Below are positions 62,490-64,000 of a stretch of 64,000 bases of DNA, piece by piece. The stretch is from a candidate division WOR-3 bacterium (GTDB lineage Bacteria > Hydrothermota > 32-111). Made by a program: the position numbers and the translations under genes. Position 1 is the first letter of the stretch, and every line of letters begins with the position of its first letter. The notes under the pieces were generated by a model. That model made no database searches. It was given only the letters and a program-made list of their open reading frames with translations, and had not been told where the DNA came from. Location: the NCBI GenBank assembly GCA_037481815.1, contig JBBFKX010000002.1:160001-224000 (forward strand), written 5' to 3'.

Positions 62490-64000
62490 TCAAATCACAA
62501 TCTTCTCATTTTTATTCAGTTTACCTGAGATTATTATTTCGGAAAGTTTATTTTCAACAAGAGTTTGGATAACCCTTTTAATAGGTCTTGCACCATATTC
62601 TATTGAATAACCCTCTTCAAGTATCTTATTTTTTGTTTTTTCACTTACTTCGAATTCGATTCCGAACTCCTTCGCTCTCTCTTTAACCTTTGCGAGTTGT
62701 ATCTCTATTATCTTCTCAATCTCTTCTTTTGTGAGATTTTTGAAAACTATTATGTCGTCAAGTCGATTTACAAATTCAGGTTTGAAGTGATTTTTTATCT
62801 CATACATGATTCTTTCTTTGATCATGTCATAATCATCTGAAAAATTTATCCTGCCTGAACCTATATTTGAGGTCATTATTATTATGGTGTTCCTGAAATC
62901 AACAAGATGCCCCTGTCCATCGGTCAACCTTCCATCATCAAGCACCTGAAGTAGAATGTTGTAAATATCGGGATGTGCTTTTTCGATCTCATCGAAAAGA
63001 ATAACAGAAAAAGGCCTTTTTCTTATAACCTCTGTGAGTTGACCTCCCTCCTCGTAGCCAACATAACCGGGTGGTGCACCGATCAATCTACTGACAGAAA
63101 ATTTTTCCATATATTCACTCATATCTATTCTGACGAGAGCATCCTCTGTATCAAATAAAAACTCTGCTAAAGATTTAGCAACCTCAGTTTTTCCAACCCC
63201 AGTTGGACCAACGAAAAGAAATGAACCAATAGGCCTTTTTGGATCAGATAATCCTGCTCTTGATCTTCTTATCGCATTTGAAATCTGTCTGATCGCTTCT
63301 TCCTGACCAACAACCCTTCTGTGTAATCTTTCTTCCATTTTTAAAAGTTTCTCTTTCTCACTTTCAACCATTCTCGAAACAGGTATTCCTGTCCATTTGG
63401 AAACTATCTGAGCCACCATATCTCCATCAACTTCAGTTTTCAATTTATTCTTTTTGATCCATTCATCTTTTTTCTTTTTCAACTCTTCAGATATTTTATC
63501 ACTCTCTTTTTTCAACTCTGCTGCTTTCTCATAATCTTTTCTGATGACAGCACTCTCACCATCCTCCTGGATCTTCTTTAACCTGTTTTCAAGAACCTTA
63601 ATCTCTTCTGGCATCGAGAAAATCTGAAGTTTTAATCTTGCGGATGCCTCATCTATCAGATCTATCGCTTTGTCAGGTAACCTTCTGTCAGTTATATACC
63701 TGTAGGATAGTTTGGCTGCCTGAACCAAAGCATCATCGGTGATCTTAACTTTGTGATGTTCCTCATATTTTTTTCTGAGACCTTTTAAGATTTCAATCGT
63801 CTGATCCACGGTTGGTTCTTTCACGAGTATCGGCTGGAATCTCCTTTCAAGTGCTCGATCCTTTTCTATATATTTTCTGTACTCATCGATAGTCGTTGCA
63901 CCTATAACCTGCATCTCACCTCTTGCAAGTGCTGGCTTTAACATATTTGAAGCATCAAGCGAACCTTCTGCTCTTCCAGCACCAACAAGATTATGCAATT
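62490..64000 (-). CDS. clpC: Clp/Hsp100 ATPase, ClpC-like (3' part; start lies beyond the window)
   Basis: [21 protein letters not shown], short UVR-like middle domain (DYEKAAELK), [20 protein letters not shown]. Confidence 0.8.
   Translation of the reverse strand, partial: LHNLVGAGRAEGSLDASNMLKPALARGEMQVIGATTIDEYRKYIEKDRALERRFQPILVKEPTVDQTIEILKGLRKKYEEHHKVKITDDALVQAAKLSYRYITDRRLPDKAIDLIDEASARLKLQIFSMPEEIKVLENRLKKIQEDGESAVIRKDYEKAAELKKESDKISEELKKKKDEWIKKNKLKTEVDGDMVAQIVSKWTGIPVSRMVESEKEKLLKMEERLHRRVVGQEEAIRQISNAIRRSRAGLSDPKRPIGSFLFVGPTGVGKTEVAKSLAEFLFDTEDALVRIDMSEYMEKFSVSRLIGAPPGYVGYEEGGQLTEVIRKRPFSVILFDEIEKAHPDIYNILLQVLDDGRLTDGQGHLVDFRNTIIIMTSNIGSGRINFSDDYDMIKERIMYEIKNHFKPEFVNRLDDIIVFKNLTKEEIEKIIEIQLAKVKERAKEFGIEFEVSEKTKNKILEEGYSIEYGARPIKRVIQTLVENKLSEIIISGKLNKNEKIVI

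Overview
This is an AT-rich bacterial chromosomal window using the standard code (TGA is a normal stop). Almost all genes lie on the minus strand in long, tightly coupled operons. The rplM-rpsI-rpsB-tsf-pyrH-frr-uppS-cdsA-dxr-rseP order and several secreted proteins with T9SS-type C-terminal sorting domains suggest an FCB-superphylum or related candidate-phylum organism (inference). Housekeeping blocks are: partial gcvPB; the translation/isoprenoid cluster with an S2 leader; SRP RNA-dnaX-ybaB-recR; an FMN-riboswitch-headed rib operon running on through nusB, nadC, birA, ruvX and mltG; tRNA-Leu-tig-clpP-clpX-lon-ktrBA; grpE-dnaK-dnaJ-rsmE-hinT; and a partial ClpC-like ATPase. The standout is a 12 kb operon at 12059-24044. 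It joins a Dif-like chemosensory core (receptor-cheW-cheY-cheA-cheC, no cheR/cheB/cheD) to a 902-aa TPR scaffold, a DUF4388/PATAN-TPR protein and three roadblock-domain proteins, including an MglB homologue, but has no MglA. Its receptor is a soluble protein with two complementary-degenerate MCP signalling tips fused to a C-terminal OppA/DppA-type binding domain. Other observations are a very short (~71 nt) SRP RNA, a c-di-GMP module (active-looking DGC overlapping a degenerate REC-HD-GYP gene), two unannotated gene relics, and frequent 16-bp promoter spacers. I saw no CRISPR array, prophage or IS element. All assignments come from motif recognition by eye; no searches were run.
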